Part shown: positions 24,001-37,906 of the stretch, piece after piece | Layout of the letters: each line of letters begins with the position of its first letter | Numbering within the stretch: the stretch's first letter is position 1 | NCBI RefSeq assembly: GCF_037042905.1 | Contig: NC_087245.1 | Span: 19,718,001 to 19,782,000 of the forward strand | DNA length: 64,000 bases | From: Lytechinus pictus | Taxonomy: Eukaryota | Reading direction: 5' to 3' | Position numbers and translations under genes: made by a program | The notes under the pieces: model-generated | The model's database searches: none | What the model was told of the DNA's origin: nothing | The model's input: only the letters and a program-made list of their open reading frames with translations

Positions 24001-27000
24001 TTCAAGAAGGAGACTTTGACTTACAGACTATAGGTAAGTACTATGCTTAATATTTATGCATGTATTTAATTTTGCAGATAAAGGACAATTTTCAAATTCT
24101 CTCATACCTATACTAAATGAAAAACATGTGGCAATAACATTTTGATTCACGAAGCAAGCTAAATCACATAATATGCGGGGATCCATGAAACGCTTGGGCT
24201 GCTTTCAGTTTCTACTTTTTTAAAACCATAGAATTTTGGTTTTAAAAAGATATCAGATTGAGATTAGAGTTGTGCCCTAAAATGCTAGAAAATATAGGTT
24301 TTGGGATGCAATTTTTAAGAACCTTTTTCATTGTGATATCACTTCAGTTATTTTAAAACCATCAGTTCCAATAATTTGATGGTTTGGACATTCATTGAGT
24401 AATCTCAAGTTGACTTGTACAGAAAATGTTGGTACCTAAGAGTTAAGACATAGATTTTTAAAATCTTTCCTTTTATTATTTTAACATTGCTTTATATCAT
24501 TTTAAATTCTTTATTTTCAATCTTGCAGAAAAGCTCAAAGGAATCTTGAGTGACTACATGGATTGCATGGGGAGTTCAAGCATTGTAAGTAGAAGGCAGA
24601 TGGACATGTTCATTATGCATTGTGTAGAATTTCTAAAGATATGTTAGTTTCAATAATCTTTATATGAGGTCAATTTTACACAAGCAGAGCTTTAAATATT
24701 TAATTAACTCTCTAAAATAGTATCGGGTACTAAATATTTAATTAACTCTCTAAAATAGTATCGGGTACCTGAAAAATCATATAGTTAGGCTGCACAATTA
24801 ATTTCTTGCTCTACAACAAAAATTCTTTCTGGTTATGCAAATCCATGGTTGGAAGGTGCAATAGAGATGCAGGTGGCATACATAATAACTGATTTCTTAT
24901 ACCTTAGGTGTGCGAACTGTGGACAAGGTCTGGTCTAGTCAACTTTGCTGATGAATAGCTCCTTTTCATAGCTAAAGTCATTGTTTCATGAATAGTTTTA
25001 TTGCATAATTTATTGTAAACAATGCATCAGATTCTTATGCTGTCTATTCCAAGTAGGTATTGCCAATTGATCTCAAATTTACATACTCTTAGTTAACAGA
25101 ATACATATTCTTTCAATGACTGACATTATGGCACAAGGTATCATTACCATGAAAATAAAAATAAATCATTGCTTTTATTTACAGAGGAAGAATGATGTGG
25201 AGATGCTTTTGATAATCGATGCTATATTTATTGTGTTATTTTTATGTAGCTTGTAAATGGTCGTCCACATCACAGGGAAAGAGAGGTCTTGCAGAAACTG
25301 AACAAGCCACTGAGGAATCATCCTTCCAAGTAAGAATGCTGCTAAATGTGTTGTCCCTGATTAAAATAAGTATGTCATCAGGGACATACTACTTGAAAAA
25401 ATTCCTTTAAGTGGTAGATAACTGAATGAATCAATGTTGCATATCTCAGGTCAATTATAAGGTCAGCCCCCCCCCCAAAAAAAAAAAAGGAAGTTGATTT
25501 GAATGAATAAAGAAAACTCAAATGAGCATAATGCTGAGCATTTCAGTAAAATCAAAAGTGAAATTAAAAACAAAAGTTATGACATTTTAAATTTGAGTTT
25601 ATATTTCACAAAACATTTATTTGCAGCAAATAGCATAGATGGTCAATCATTTGTTGCATCCTCCTCCGTCATTTCACACTCCCTCTCTCCCCTTCTCATT
25701 CATGGTTTCATTGATGGCCATCTGGAATTCAACGGCCTTTCTCAGAATGTTATCAACATCCATGAACACATGTCTATACTAAGGTGCTCCATGATTGTTA
25801 AGTGATAATGTTATTATTTTTTCAATTAAATCAGGAAATACCTTGCCTATCTTCTCACCCAAGATGGATACTTGGTTCCAACTCCTGAACAAGAAAGAGC
25901 TCTTGGCATCAGCGATGGTAAGAATAGGGGTTTAGGATTTTTTTGTTTTTTTGTTGTTGTTGTAAACTCTCAATCTCACTCATGATGTATATTGCAGTGA
26001 CAATCATTTGACTACATTTTAGGGTCACAATGTCAAAGGTCACAGAGATCATTAGAAAAATTTTAATTTTATGTTGGATATATTTCTGATCTGACAATAG
26101 TGGAGGCATAGATTTTGACTGCACAGCCAATAATTCATCTAATTCATTAACTGCTCCTGCGGCTTGACACGTATCTACACTCTAATGATAAGTTATTACT
26201 AGTATTGTCATACTAGAAATGTAATTTTTTGGAATGCTTCTCATATAACATCAACCCTGAAACAGATTTGAAATGCATGTTTCTAATGAAAAAAAAGATT
26301 GTTTATTTTATTTTATAACCACATCATTCTTTTTTCATGTTTTACATGTGTCATTTCATATTGATACTTTAGAATCACTGTTATAGTAGCAATTTTTCTG
26401 CATGTTTTAAGTAAGAAAAATTGAATGTGGAAAAAACAATTGAAGTTATTTGAAAATTGAATTGAACTCTTGGTTATAATTTGATTTTTCCATGGAAGGA
26501 GTGACTTCCCCGCAGGATGACAACCTCCCTGGATCTCTTGTGGCATTGTGGAAACCACTCCTTGACTTCACCGTGTCCTGTGGTCTAGAGCATCTTATCA
26601 TGGAATCCATCATCAACCTGCTCTCCCGCTTCACCTCCGGGAATCCAGTAGAAGCCAAGTCGGGACCAATCGTGAGATACCTCCTCGGTTGGGCCAAACA
26701 CCTCATCAAGAGAAACGGCATTACTCAAAGATCAGGTAGGGAAGTATTTCATTTATCTTGGTGATTTGCAATTTGCTCTCAGCCAATCAGATGCATTGAT
26801 TTCAGTAGCTTATCACAGTTTTCAATCCAATCATTGACAAGTTGCATCATGAACGGGGGGGGGGGGGGTGTTTCTAAGTATGACTTGGAGTCGCACTAAT
26901 ATGCCTAGTTGCGTGCGGTATAAAAGACATCACCACATTGGTCAGATCATGGCAAATGGACGCTCACTACTGAGTATTGATTAATAAAATTGCACGTTGC

Positions 27001-28611
27001 ATATCGTGTATGCGTCGGCATTTGAGTGCGATTTAAGTCATACTTAAATCTTTGTGAAACACCCCCCTGGTTTCCTGACTAAGGATTGAAACCTTTGACT
27101 GTAACATCCATGTTTAACCTTGAGCATTGTTACCATGGAAGTTACCATAGCGAGTCAAGCCCCTGATATTACATGTCAGACTTCATATGGAGAAAGGAGA
27201 CTGAGCAACATCACATATTTGTCCCGTAATACCATAATGCATAGCTTGCATTGACTGATCATACATTGATTGTACATTGTAAGAACTGGTATAATAAAAG
27301 GTTCAATGGTTTTTCTCTTCAGAGTCTACCACTAGAGAGAGCCCTCCCCAGAAGAAACATAAACGGGATGCATCCGAGTGGAGCAAGACGTTGAAGAAAT
27401 GCATAGAAAAACCAAACAAGCATTCCATGGAACTCTTGCCGAGGTCAGTATTATCATTGTGTTAACCTTTTTTTAAACTGTTAACATTATTCCATGCCAT
27501 TAAGTAACTATATAATGAGTACTGCATGCTGGCTTGTAATTACATTGTCTTTTATCATTAAATCAGCATAAAGGCATTTTTGTTAATGTAGGCATTAATA
27601 GTATTCAAATAAAAACCAATTCAAATGTAGAAATTAATACCTGGAGCACAGTCCACTTTTATAAAACTAGTTATTAAATTACACAGGCTAGAATTCTATG
27701 ACAAGTTTGTCTTCAATCAAATTTGTGAAATGCTAGGGGCAGTTCCAAAAAAAAAAAAAACAGCCTGAAGTAATTATTATTATTTAAAATATATGCATTA
27801 TCTTTTTTGTCTTTATTATTAGCCTTCTAGAGTGTCAGGATCCTCGTCTTGAGAAATCTGCAGAGGAAAAATTGATAAAGCTTGCTGAGACCATAGTCCA
27901 CGGACCAAATGGAATGTCTCTTTCAACTAATGGCCTGCCCTCTCTCAATGACATGGAGGCAATGATTGACTCCAAGACCAGACAGAAACGCAAGGGGAAT
28001 CCAATGTTAGGTATTCTCTCTGACGGGAAGAAAGGTGCTCAGAATAGGACAGTCGTAGATTCAGCACAGCCGTGGCATCTCAGCGATGGTATGTTGTGAC
28101 ATTAAAACGACCAAAAATAAAACAGGAAGTTAGGTCTAATATTGCACAAAAAGTAACTCCCCATAAATCAGAATTGTGTTAATTTTGAATTTTAGCAAAA
28201 TAATAAATAAATAATTTCGCTTCTGTATATGAATAACTTGGTAGAGAAGTTTGTACACATCTTGACGAACTAATGTACAAAAATAACATTAATCATCAGG
28301 TATGTATGATTGAGCACTCATTAAATACAAAATTGTGAATTTTCCCAGGAGGCATTTTTATGTTGTATTGAGACTGAATTTTAGCATTACTTAATAACGA
28401 TATTGAAATGACGTTTTTCGTTGAATGGATCTTTAACACACAGGATATATTTACTGCTGTTTTTATTTTACTAACATCTACTACTGTTTCATCATTTACA
28501 GACCTTGTTGATTGGAGCCACACCCCTCTTGGTGTGTTACCTTGGCAACCAGATGATCCAGACTTCTTCCAGCTTGGGACTCTGGCATCAAAGCAGTCTT
28601 CTGATTCTTAG
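20911..28611 (+). CDS. LAS1L: Ribosomal biogenesis protein LAS1L (HEPN nuclease, pre-rRNA ITS2 processing); 11 exons, 491 aa
   Basis: Exons 20911-21041, 23076-23201, 23439-23511, 23841-24033, 24529-24584, 25250-25329, 25835-25917, 26499-26735, 27323-27443, 27823-28088, 28502-28611. All introns GT-AG with consistent phases; 1476 nt. Las1 motifs: IPW...ISSWNSR..LPVAIICT, AITRFVN, GLPKWIVDIRHQGTH (HEPN RxxxxH), DGYLVPT, WSHTPLGVLP. Confidence 0.93.
21200..21756. mobile_element. Academ-like MITE in LAS1L intron 1
   Basis: TAGCCTGGAG...CTCCAGGCTA termini, inverted arms longer than 100 bp, 4-bp TSD CGGG. Confidence 0.75.
21883..22024. mobile_element. Small MITE
   Basis: gcacagactggaacct...aaaaa / ttttt...aggttccagtctgtgc inverted ends. 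Confidence 0.55.
22025..22870 (-). pseudogene. RTE-clade LINE 3' fragment (post-RT region), interrupted by a SINE
   Basis: KKTKVM...IERVDHYHYIYLGQ...RAGW...LKRKVFNQFVIPAMTYGSETWS. After the SINE it resumes ...MERIML...DRKTIQWIRSQT...RWTKRITEWRP, with stops and frameshifts. Confidence 0.85.
22376..22576 (-). mobile_element. tRNA-derived SINE (family A)
   Basis: Reverse complement of the 8365-8562 element; intact A box (TAGCTCAGTCGG) and B box (GGTTCGATTCCC). Confidence 0.85.
23076..23201 (+). CDS. LAS1L: LAS1L exon 2
   Basis: YKKLPVAIICTKNLVELQL...MACTLAITR; ttcag| and |gtaggc. Confidence 0.9.
   Translation, partial: VQEVTSSHNMYKKPCRTPTWNACTAKWKHKHIYNGMHTCHY
23439..23511 (+). CDS. LAS1L: LAS1L exon 3
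   Basis: FVNLMTEEKQKFGRGMPVHEVAMT; gaag| and |gtaagt. Confidence 0.9.
23841..24033 (+). CDS. LAS1L: LAS1L exon 4 (HEPN catalytic motif)
   Basis: IGLPKWIVDIRHQGTHGHMP...LDWLKETFWEAQ; |gtaagt. Confidence 0.93.
24529..24584 (+). CDS. LAS1L: LAS1L exon 5
   Basis: EKLKGILSDYMDCMGSSSI; tcttgcag| and |gtaagt; phase-consistent. Confidence 0.8.
25250..25329 (+). CDS. LAS1L: LAS1L exon 6
   Basis: LVNGRPHHREREVLQKLNKPLRNHPSK; phase-consistent. Confidence 0.8.
25835..25917 (+). CDS. LAS1L: LAS1L exon 7
   Basis: KYLAYLLTQDGYLVPTPEQERALGISD. Confidence 0.88.
26499..26735 (+). CDS. LAS1L: LAS1L exon 8
   Basis: ...LPGSLVALWKPLLDF...YLLGWAKHLI; donor CAG|gtaggg. Confidence 0.85.
27323..27443 (+). CDS. 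LAS1L: LAS1L exon 9
   Basis: ESTTRESPPQKKHKRDASEWSKTLKKCIEKPNKHSMELLP. Confidence 0.85.
27823..28088 (+). CDS. LAS1L: LAS1L exon 10
   Basis: LLECQDPRLEKSAEEKLIKLAE...QPWHLSD; |gtatgt. Confidence 0.85.
28502..28611 (+). CDS. LAS1L: LAS1L exon 11 (terminal)
   Basis: DLVDWSHTPLGVLPWQPDDPDFFQLGTLASKQSSDS*. Confidence 0.82.
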
Positions 28612-31600
28612 ATATTAGATAAGCAGTACTTGCCAAAATACTATTTAAGAGTATTTAAAGAATATTTAGATATGCATTCAAGAGAACCTGTGCATTCATT
28701 GGTGCATTTCGCACAAATTTTTAGAAGCCAGTTAAAACGGAGATGAGAAAGTTATATGATTGATTGTAGGAGTATAATCATTTATATTTGTAAAAATTTG
28801 TTAACAAAATTGTCAAATGTCCTTTGATTTCTCATAAGTTGAACCACCATTGTGTATGTTTAACACAGTGCACCATGGATCGATGTCAGAGGTTGTAAGT
28901 TGAAGCTTATGTTCCTGTGGCCTGCAGTCTTAACTGCAAATCTGATATAAAAGAATTAGAAGCCAATCAATAGAATCCTCAAGAGAGTATGGACCATCTT
29001 TTTAAAATGTTTTTCCATGGATTGGAAATATACTTCATATGTTCCTCTGCAGTTCTAGAAAGTATGTGGATTTGAAATGGAATTTTAATGAATGATGAGT
29101 GATTTTGCTTTCATTCATTTCTAGATTTCCAGTCTTTGGGATGATTAAAATTTTTAAAGACATTTTATACAATGATTTTGAAAAAAAAAAATTTGCATAA
29201 TTTTTCCAACATGAGTGCAATAATACATGTAACTGAAATAGGAATTATGGACTACAGATTGAATACTTTCTCCACCTTAAGTATACATTTATGTACTGTG
29301 CTCTTGTTTCAATGAAATTTGCATGTATTTTGAGAGAGTAATGGTGATTTTTGCAAGTTTAAATGTAGAATATCCTTAAATGGTCACATGAAAAGAAAAG
29401 GGGATTCTGACCACATAAAGACAATCCCTGTAATGAATACAAGATTTACAGTGCATATGTTACACTTGATACAAGCTACGGATATCAGTTTTGTTGACTT
29501 GACACCAGACGACATGGCGAGCATGGGAATCGAATACTTGTAAGAGCATAGACATAGCATTTAACACTTATTTTATAGTATCTGAGTAGTACTTTTGCTC
29601 AGCTGGTTTTTCTTTTATTTGTGAGAGTTCTGATTTGATTTGTCCTAGCCTTCATCAAAGAGATATAATGGTGTTTGTGCAACTTGATGCTCTCGCAGAC
29701 ATGATGCGGCAAAGCTCAGCATCATTTGGTGTACAAAGTGAATGAAATATTTTGTAGTCAAACCAGTCAGATGATAGCGATGAAATAAGTTTGTCATTGG
29801 ATTGTCCACACTACTTATTCCCTGTTCAAGTCTTTTAACTATCATCATTGAGGTTTTATGCAATATCATATCATTCTGGCATATAAAGTAGCATCACACG
29901 GCACAACTCAAAATACATGTAGGGAACAAGATTTGCTTTACTGAAAAGTTAGTGGACTTTAACACTGCCTTATACTGTGTGAGTCTGAAATAACTGTGAC
30001 CCCTATAAAAAAAAATGCAAATTTGATGAGAAAACAGTCATGAAAACAATTATTGTATACATTCTGAAAGAATGTCATCTGCCAAATAATTTATCATTGT
30101 ATGTGGTATATTGTTAATTTTATGCTCTGATAATCCACTGTTATCCTTTACTGTGACGTATCAATTTGGGCATGACTTTGAGTACTCATTTTTTTTTCAA
30201 ATTTCGCTCGGTTGAAATATCATCTATCCCTTTCAAGAGATCATTAGCATGGAAAAATCACCATCTTGCATGTCTCTCTGATCATCGTAGAGATGCTAAT
30301 GAATATTCATGTTACTTGTAAAATTAACATAGTGCGCATGTGCAATGAACAAAAGTTCGTAGGAAAAGAAATTTCGCCGGTTGGATAGGGTTAAAAAGAG
30401 ATTATTTTCTGTCAACATTGTCTTATGATAGATATGAAATCCTGGCAAGTTGATAATGCAGTATTTCTTTATCAGAGAATGGTGTTATTTTACACTAAAT
30501 TTTACCAATAATACACATGAGTGAGGGCATTAGTATACAAGTAATGAATGTTAATGAGTGCAATGGACAGAATATTTTGGTGAATGGATGAAGTATTCTG
30601 CCCATTGCACGAATGAGAAAAAAATCATTGTTTTATATGACACCTAAAAATAGATCCTCATCAAAAGTGCATTCAGTGCAAGCACGGTCAGTTGATTGTG
30701 CATACATACAACATGCGCACTGCAATGGACAAAATCACATGGATTCAAAATTGCACGGATGATGACGTCATTGTAAAATGAGCTGAATGATCGATATCAA
30801 ACAACCAATCAAATGACAAGGATCTATCTAGGTGTCATACATAATGAGAATTTTACACAATGTAACTTTGGAACAGTTCTAACATGCCTGATGCATAGCC
30901 ATAATGATATGCATTATTTGTTTTATAAGATAGTGATGTGGATCCTCTTTATTTTGGTAAACCATCCTTATTTCAAAACCAAACCGATCATTTTACTTTA
31001 TTCATGACCACTCATCACTGGTCATATAGTAAATCATGTTATACATTCTGGCAAATAAATACCACTTGGTGCATGTGTATCGAACAAACTGATGATTCTT
31101 TGATTTTCATTATGAGTATGATATGTCTATATGCAGTTATATGTGAATGATGTGCATTTGATTAGGACTGTTTTGGGCTGCTGATGTGCTTTCGCACTGC
31201 CCAATGAAACAAAGCAGTGTTCAATGAAAAAGAGCAGTGTTCGATAACCTGCTTGGTCGGCTGTGGACATGCTTGTGGAGTTTTGCTTTATTTTGCTGGA
31301 CACAACCGACCCAAAAGCACACAAGCACCCTGTTATTGTAGTAATTCTGGTCACTTAATACAATCGGGGCCCTAAAATACAAAGGTTCACCATAAATAAT
31401 TAAATATTAAAGACCAAACCTTTGCTGTATGTGCATCTTCTTCAAAACAGTAACGTGGTGCTTATTAGAATTGTTTTTTCATACCTGTAATTAATTTCAA
31501 ACCTTCATATTACATGTCCCAGGACCCTGTAACACAAAGCTTAACAATTGATCATATAACAAAGTTTGTTGTTTGATTGCATTGACCACATTGTACAATC

Positions 31601-34600
31601 AATTGTGAACATTAATAGCATTATCCTTCACTAACGTTTGTGTAACAGGACTGATTTTTTGAATAACTATACAAAAAAGAATTAATGACAATAACACTCC
31701 TTAGTAATTGAACATCAATGTGCAAACCTTACAAATGGTTGGCTGAGTAACAAAGCAGGACAGAGATATGTTCTAAATGATTTTCTGATCTGCACATCTA
31801 CCAACTCAAATGATGGGGATGATTTTAAGTGAGTTGATTTCTGGGATAGAGTATAATAATCTGCTATAAAGAATAGCTTGGCAAATACCCTTCATATTGA
31901 ATATGACTATTATCTAAAGAGTTTTGGCTGAACATTGATGACACATTAATGTGTTGTTCCATTTTCACAAGGCTAGAAAAGAAACCCATGTGATACAACT
32001 TAGTATTCATGTATTAAATAAAATAGGTGGTTAATGAACGAATCTCGCCTAATTTTGCAATCAATGAAATATGCAATATGATCTTTTGACCCCTAGATGA
32101 CCTTTGATCTTCTCATCCTTATGAACACATGTGGTATTACCTACATTGTAAGGATCATTTGTACAAAGTGTAAACACAATTGATGAAGAAATAAAGAAAT
32201 GAAAGCAAGTTGAACAAAAAATTCAAAAAAAAAAGGATAGACATGACCTTTATCACTTGACCTTTGACCCCATCATCCTCATGGACACATGTGGTATTAC
32301 CCAAGGATCATATGTACCAAGTGTGAACATAGTTGATGCAGAAATAAAGAAATGAGAGCAAAAGGTTTGATGCTGAGTTGATCTTAGATCACAACTACAG
32401 TAACGCTGTCATAAATGCCACTGAGTCTCCTGTCTACCACTTCAAGGCCAAAGACTTAAACCATTACTTAAGCTAACCGTTCCACCAGGCGCCCTTGCAG
32501 AAAGATGTTGGGTGATGATCAAACACATCTTGACAATCAACCAACGAAATGCGCTCAATTTTTTTTTTTTTTTGGGGGGGGTTTCTTATTTTATCGCAGC
32601 TTTCTGCAATGTAATGCCTTGCAATGATCAAAGCCCCCCCTAAAAAAAACCCAGTTTGCAATCAGTTGAATGGATACTTGTCAGTCTTAATAACAAAATG
32701 CACATGTAACGATGATCTTCATTGAACCTGCACTGTAGTGCAGAATTTGGCCAGTTCTTTTATATCGTTACTCTTTATTATTACTAGTATCCATGCATTG
32801 CAAGCTGCCAAATATGGCATTATCACACAAGCTCCAAACATCCACCTCGAGAAACGTTCTATTCAGGTGGTGGGCAGATGGGGTAAAATGCACTCTTGGG
32901 TTAGCAGCTGTATGGAGATCATGCACTGGATGAGAGTACTGCATAATAAATTGTCCAGAGTCTGGACATTACGAGTTTGTGAATGATAGCTAATTTGAGC
33001 CCCCATTGTCACGTTCTCAAAGAATCCTTTCTCGTCAGTGCTACTTCCACAAAATCTCCTCAAGTTCACACAGGAGTCCATTAACCATTGTCAGTTAGTG
33101 CAACTCTTCATGACACTAATCACATATCACATTTCCATGAAATAGTATTAAAAAATTTGCAGGGTGTCCCACATTATTCTCATTTGAATAATGGGTATTA
33201 TGATCTAGATGTAGGGTTTTAGAGGCACAGATATTTTATGACATCTTGCGAGGTTGTTTCAAAGAGACAAAATATTAAAACTGATTTTTAACGTGCATGC
33301 CTATGAAAACCATCCAATATTTTCCACATTGGATGAAATGAATATTTTGCCCTGCCCACAATATTATCATTGGTTAATAAATGATTGTGCGCATGAAGCT
33401 ATCGTTAAGTCACAATGAAATTGCATTGCATATTAGTTGCCAGGAGGTGTGGTAAAGGAGCGAGATTGCGTCAATTTCTTAAATTCAAATGCGCATCTCT
33501 ACAGAGATTTCTTTAAAAAAAAAAGAATACTCAGTCGCCATGCTCATGATTTACAGGATTGACATAAAATGGTGAGTAAAAACTTTTTTTTTGCTTTATT
33601 GATTTATGTTTAGCTTTGTGGGGGTATCTAAATAATAATATTGGATGACCAATTTTTGTGGGATGCGTAGAAATATTGTTACTTGCTGAAGAACAATATT
33701 TCTACACATCCCACTCAAGGCCATCCAATATTCCCTAAATAAATGTCAGAGTTGCACAACCTGTAACTCTCAATTTGATACTCTTCTCTCTCCCTCCTTA
33801 TTTCTTCTTTTGGAACGACTTCCTTATGTCCCCTCCACTAATTAAAAAAGAAAAATACTTCTCTAAAACCCCCTTCTTTCGTTCTCTTTTTCTTCTTTTT
33901 TTCCCTTCTTACTACTGGTTTGAACTTGGATTCGAACCTCTCGCTGCAGAACGAAGCATATCCAGTCTGTCGCTTACTCACTGAGCTAGCAGGAATTGTT
34001 GAAAGCCATGGGTTTCATAACGGTTATCTTCTTCTTTCCTTGGTTGGCAACCAGTCAGGATTGACTTTTTTTGCCGATCAATATCAACCGATATTACGAC
34101 TAGTCTACTCTCCAAGAGTATTGGGTATTTATTTTTCTGACTAAGTAAACCGATGCCATTGTCAATTACACACTCAAGATTTTGAAGGAATAAAGCCATA
34201 TTTTGGTATGTATCCAACTTTTCCTTCCTAAATCTTAGATAATTCTTCATAAACCGTCTCCATATTTTTTTTTCAATTTTAGTGGAGGGGACATATGGAA
34301 GTCTTGCCCTTCTGTTTCTTTTTTTTTTCACGACTTGAGAAATCACTGAGGAAGATAACCCCTTTACCCTGTAGCACTGTCCCTGTACAATACTCGTGCA
34401 TGTAGAATCATACATTTTGTTTCACAGATTTACAAAGATATATGAAAATGTCAACTCACCAGCAGTGCTGTTCCTCACATTTAAAAGGATACCAAAACTG
34501 ATAAAATTCACACACATGTCACACACAGAAAGGATCCTTTTCCCTGCTTTGAAGGTCCAAGTGAAATAAGCTGACAAAAACCGTTGATAAATAAAACTTG

Positions 34601-37600
34601 AAAAGTCCAGCCAAAACCTTCCTCTTTCAAAGTGGCTGGGTGTATTCTTACGTGTTCAATATGAAGCCTGTTTACTTAATAATTCAAATGTATGGATGTT
34701 TCTTTCCTTGGGAAGCTATTATCAAGGTATTCCTATAAACCTGTTAGTAATAAATGAATGTTGCCGCCTCAGTATCAATACACAGAATTCAGTGTGCATA
34801 CATTATAGCTGCTATGCTTGGCAAGCTTTCAAGTTGCTCTCAACATCTTTTTTTAAATAGTATGCATGGAATTTAAATGTTAGTTAACATGTATTAAAAG
34901 GGAGCATAGTCAAGCTTCATGTTGCACATTACACTAATTTAACTCGAACAAAAGCCTCCCCCTGGTAGAATACAAGACATGCATTCAAGTAGGACAGTTT
35001 CCTTGTTGCTATGTCTGGCAAGCTTTCAGGTTGTCAAGGACCTTTGTGTTTAAAAACTATGCATTAATATTGGATGTTGGTAAAGAGGTACAGTGTATTT
35101 CAAACTAAAATACCAAAAAAAAAACACCTGTACACAAGTAGTCTCATTTCGCATCTCCTATTCATAATCATGCATCTTTCTGTAGGCCACCTGATAACAC
35201 AAATGACTTGTTCTCTATACATCCACCTCATGGCATGCAGAAGTTTCGAACCAAGTAGTGTCATCTGTATCTACCAAGAAAAAAAGAAAATATGATAGAC
35301 ATACTTTTTTCTTCAGAAAAGTGAAAAAGTTAATTTACCTGCTTATTCAAGATATCATCAGACCCAGTATTTCATACACACTTCCTTGAGAACATATTTA
35401 AGATCATCAAGTCATTTAAAAAAAATGGAATTTACATTACAGAATATGAGGAAGATACTTGCATGTGATGTCACAAAGAAACACAATAAGTTAAGTCTGT
35501 TTTCTGATAGATATGGTCAAAACCTTAAAAACTTTTTAATTTTCTGTTTTTATCGAAATAAACTCGATGTCAGGGTAGACTTCTCCTTTAATTACCTTGT
35601 TAGTTGACAAAAATATATGTTATTCCTATCAAAAAGTGGCGAAGGTCCATATAGAAAAAGTGGGTACAATCTTCCTAACTAAACTCCTCAAAAAAAAGTT
35701 CTGCAACTCAATTTTGAGGGACGATATATTTTTGTTACCGAGGTATAAAAGATAAAACTGGTATCACTGAAAAGCTTAATTATTCCTTTTTACAATGATA
35801 TGTCATCTGCTGTTATTATGTAATCATGGAATGTGCAGTTACCCTGAATATAGGGAAAAGTCAGAAGTGAAATGTTGCAAAATGCATTTTTTTCTAACCA
35901 GTCTCCATTTCTATAGAATTTTGACCATGTAGGAGGATGACAGTGAGAGTTTTCCAAGTGTCAGTGGTGAATAAAATTCAGTAACAATGAAACTAACATC
36001 TCATCTTTTTGTTTTAATTCATCATCCTTAAACTTTTTGAAATGACAAGGTTAAACATTATTCCAAACGCATTCAATCCATTGCACAATTGAGAATACAC
36101 AATGTGTGGATTTTCAGGCATCAATGCATCAACATCATTCAAACTCGGTCCATCCACAAAACAATTGGAAATTCACTCTTGGAGAGAACAAATTTTGCAA
36201 CATTTCATTTTTGACATTGCTGCATATTATCATGTCTGCGCATTCCATAACATTAGCATTACAAATGACACATAATTGTAAAGAGGAATATTCATGCATT
36301 CCAATGATACCACTTTTACATATGATGATGGCACACTAAAAAATTCAATACCTCTCAAACTGGAGTAGCAGAACTTTTTTTGAGGGGTATATTATTAACA
36401 TGAAGAATGAAACAATGGACACTCACAAAACCATATTTGGGAATAGTTCACTTTTGCACAATGCAGTATTCTCAAGTCACAATGGTCTAGGAATGATAGG
36501 AACAAACACTTCATGTATAACTTAAAGACACTGAATAAAAGATGAGAATCAATCTTGTTTTCGAATTACTATATAAAATGTTTAATCAAGTATACAAGTA
36601 GGATATTTACATAATGTACAAGCAATTATACATGAAAACAAAAGTTGAGTGAAAGCTTAATTGTAAAAGTTGAGTAGACAAATAGTATAAGCGATATGAT
36701 AATTATATTAATTTCATGATTAGCTTGAATATCATTTTATTAATAAAATGTAGCTCATTGATTTTCAATGATACCACAATATTACCCTTCCCCTAACAAA
36801 AAAAAGGAATTTTTGGTACCATGTCAACCAAACTTTCGAACTGGTTTGTCCACGTACAAAGTTTATGGGAATGGCAAAATCAGTAGAGAGCTGATAAAAC
36901 TGCAGTTTCTTAGCATGAGAATATCTAATGCAAAATATGTTACAGAGAATTGAATTTAATCATCTAAACCTGTAATGAGACTGTTTAATCATATTCTGAT
37001 ATTCTGTTAAGTGAATGGAAGAGGGAAGTTCGTCATGAAATTATATCATATCATAAATATCGTCAAAGGCTGTTCGGTTTAGCCACTATATACCAGAAAG
37101 CTATAACACAAAGATTGTAACCTAAAAGTTTTATCCCCATTCCATGCTTGAGAAGAATTTTTCTTAACAAAAAATGAAAAACAAAACTCTTACTTTCAAT
37201 GGTAAACTTTACTCACACAATGTGCATTCGTGTAGAAATGTAACTGAAATTTATTGATGTTTCTTTTTTAGAACTTTAACTCATCTATAACAAATAATAA
37301 ACATGTGAAGTAGAGCTTAATTCTTCCTCTTTCATTGTGCAAATGACATAATCACATTTCCTGCAAAGTGAGTACAAAAATTTAAAGAACAATAATATTG
37401 CAGATGGTAGCTGAATTTTAAATAGAGATTCATATTCTTGAATGACACCTCAATAAAGATAGTTCACTCTGTATTAACAAAGCTCCAATGTTTCATTGCA
37501 TGGTTGCCTGCTGCAAGAATAGGCAGGTTTAATATCATTTTTACTAACCATTCCAATTTGTTGATTAATCCATGCCCCAAGTCTTTTGTTGATGATATTT

Positions 37601-37886
37601 GATGCTTATGATGCCAGCCATTACAAGAATTGAGACAGTAATTTCACTCAACTGAAACATACATTGTAAAAGTTTAGTACCATTACTATCTGTATTTCAC
37701 CATTTCTTTCAACATGACCCACACTACACAAAATGCTGCAAAAAGGTATCGTTCTGCATCACTGAGCTCTCGAGTACAGTCTTCATATTTGGAGGCAGAA
37801 TGGGAATTGCTTCCTTGCTCGTTGGAGTGGAGTCATCCGTTATCGGAACTACTGCTATTAGGGTTTGCAGGTTGCAGGTGAAGACT

Positions 37887-37906
37887 TCAGAATTCCATTT
37901 GCTGAT
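37887..37906 (-). CDS. PRIM1: PRIM1 terminal exon
   Basis: DQQMEF*; acceptor gtacag|. Confidence 0.8.

Noticed and set aside
24693..24768. 38-bp perfect direct repeat in a LAS1L intron
   Set aside because: Ordinary local slippage duplication.
32090..32362. ~160-bp imperfect tandem duplication with TGACCTTTGA (nuclear-receptor-like) motifs
   Set aside because: Looks like a common dispersed-repeat motif; no evidence of regulatory function.
33978..34415. 145-aa minus-strand ORF
   Set aside because: Lys/Arg bias from A-rich sequence next to a tRNA-like repeat; no domain or splice support.
37650..37889. PRIM1 TGA followed by a second in-frame TGA and about 60 open codons (readthrough or selenocysteine)
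   Set aside because: The stop matches the orthologous C-terminus (human ends ..QKDF, here ..QMEF). I saw no SECIS, and chance is sufficient.
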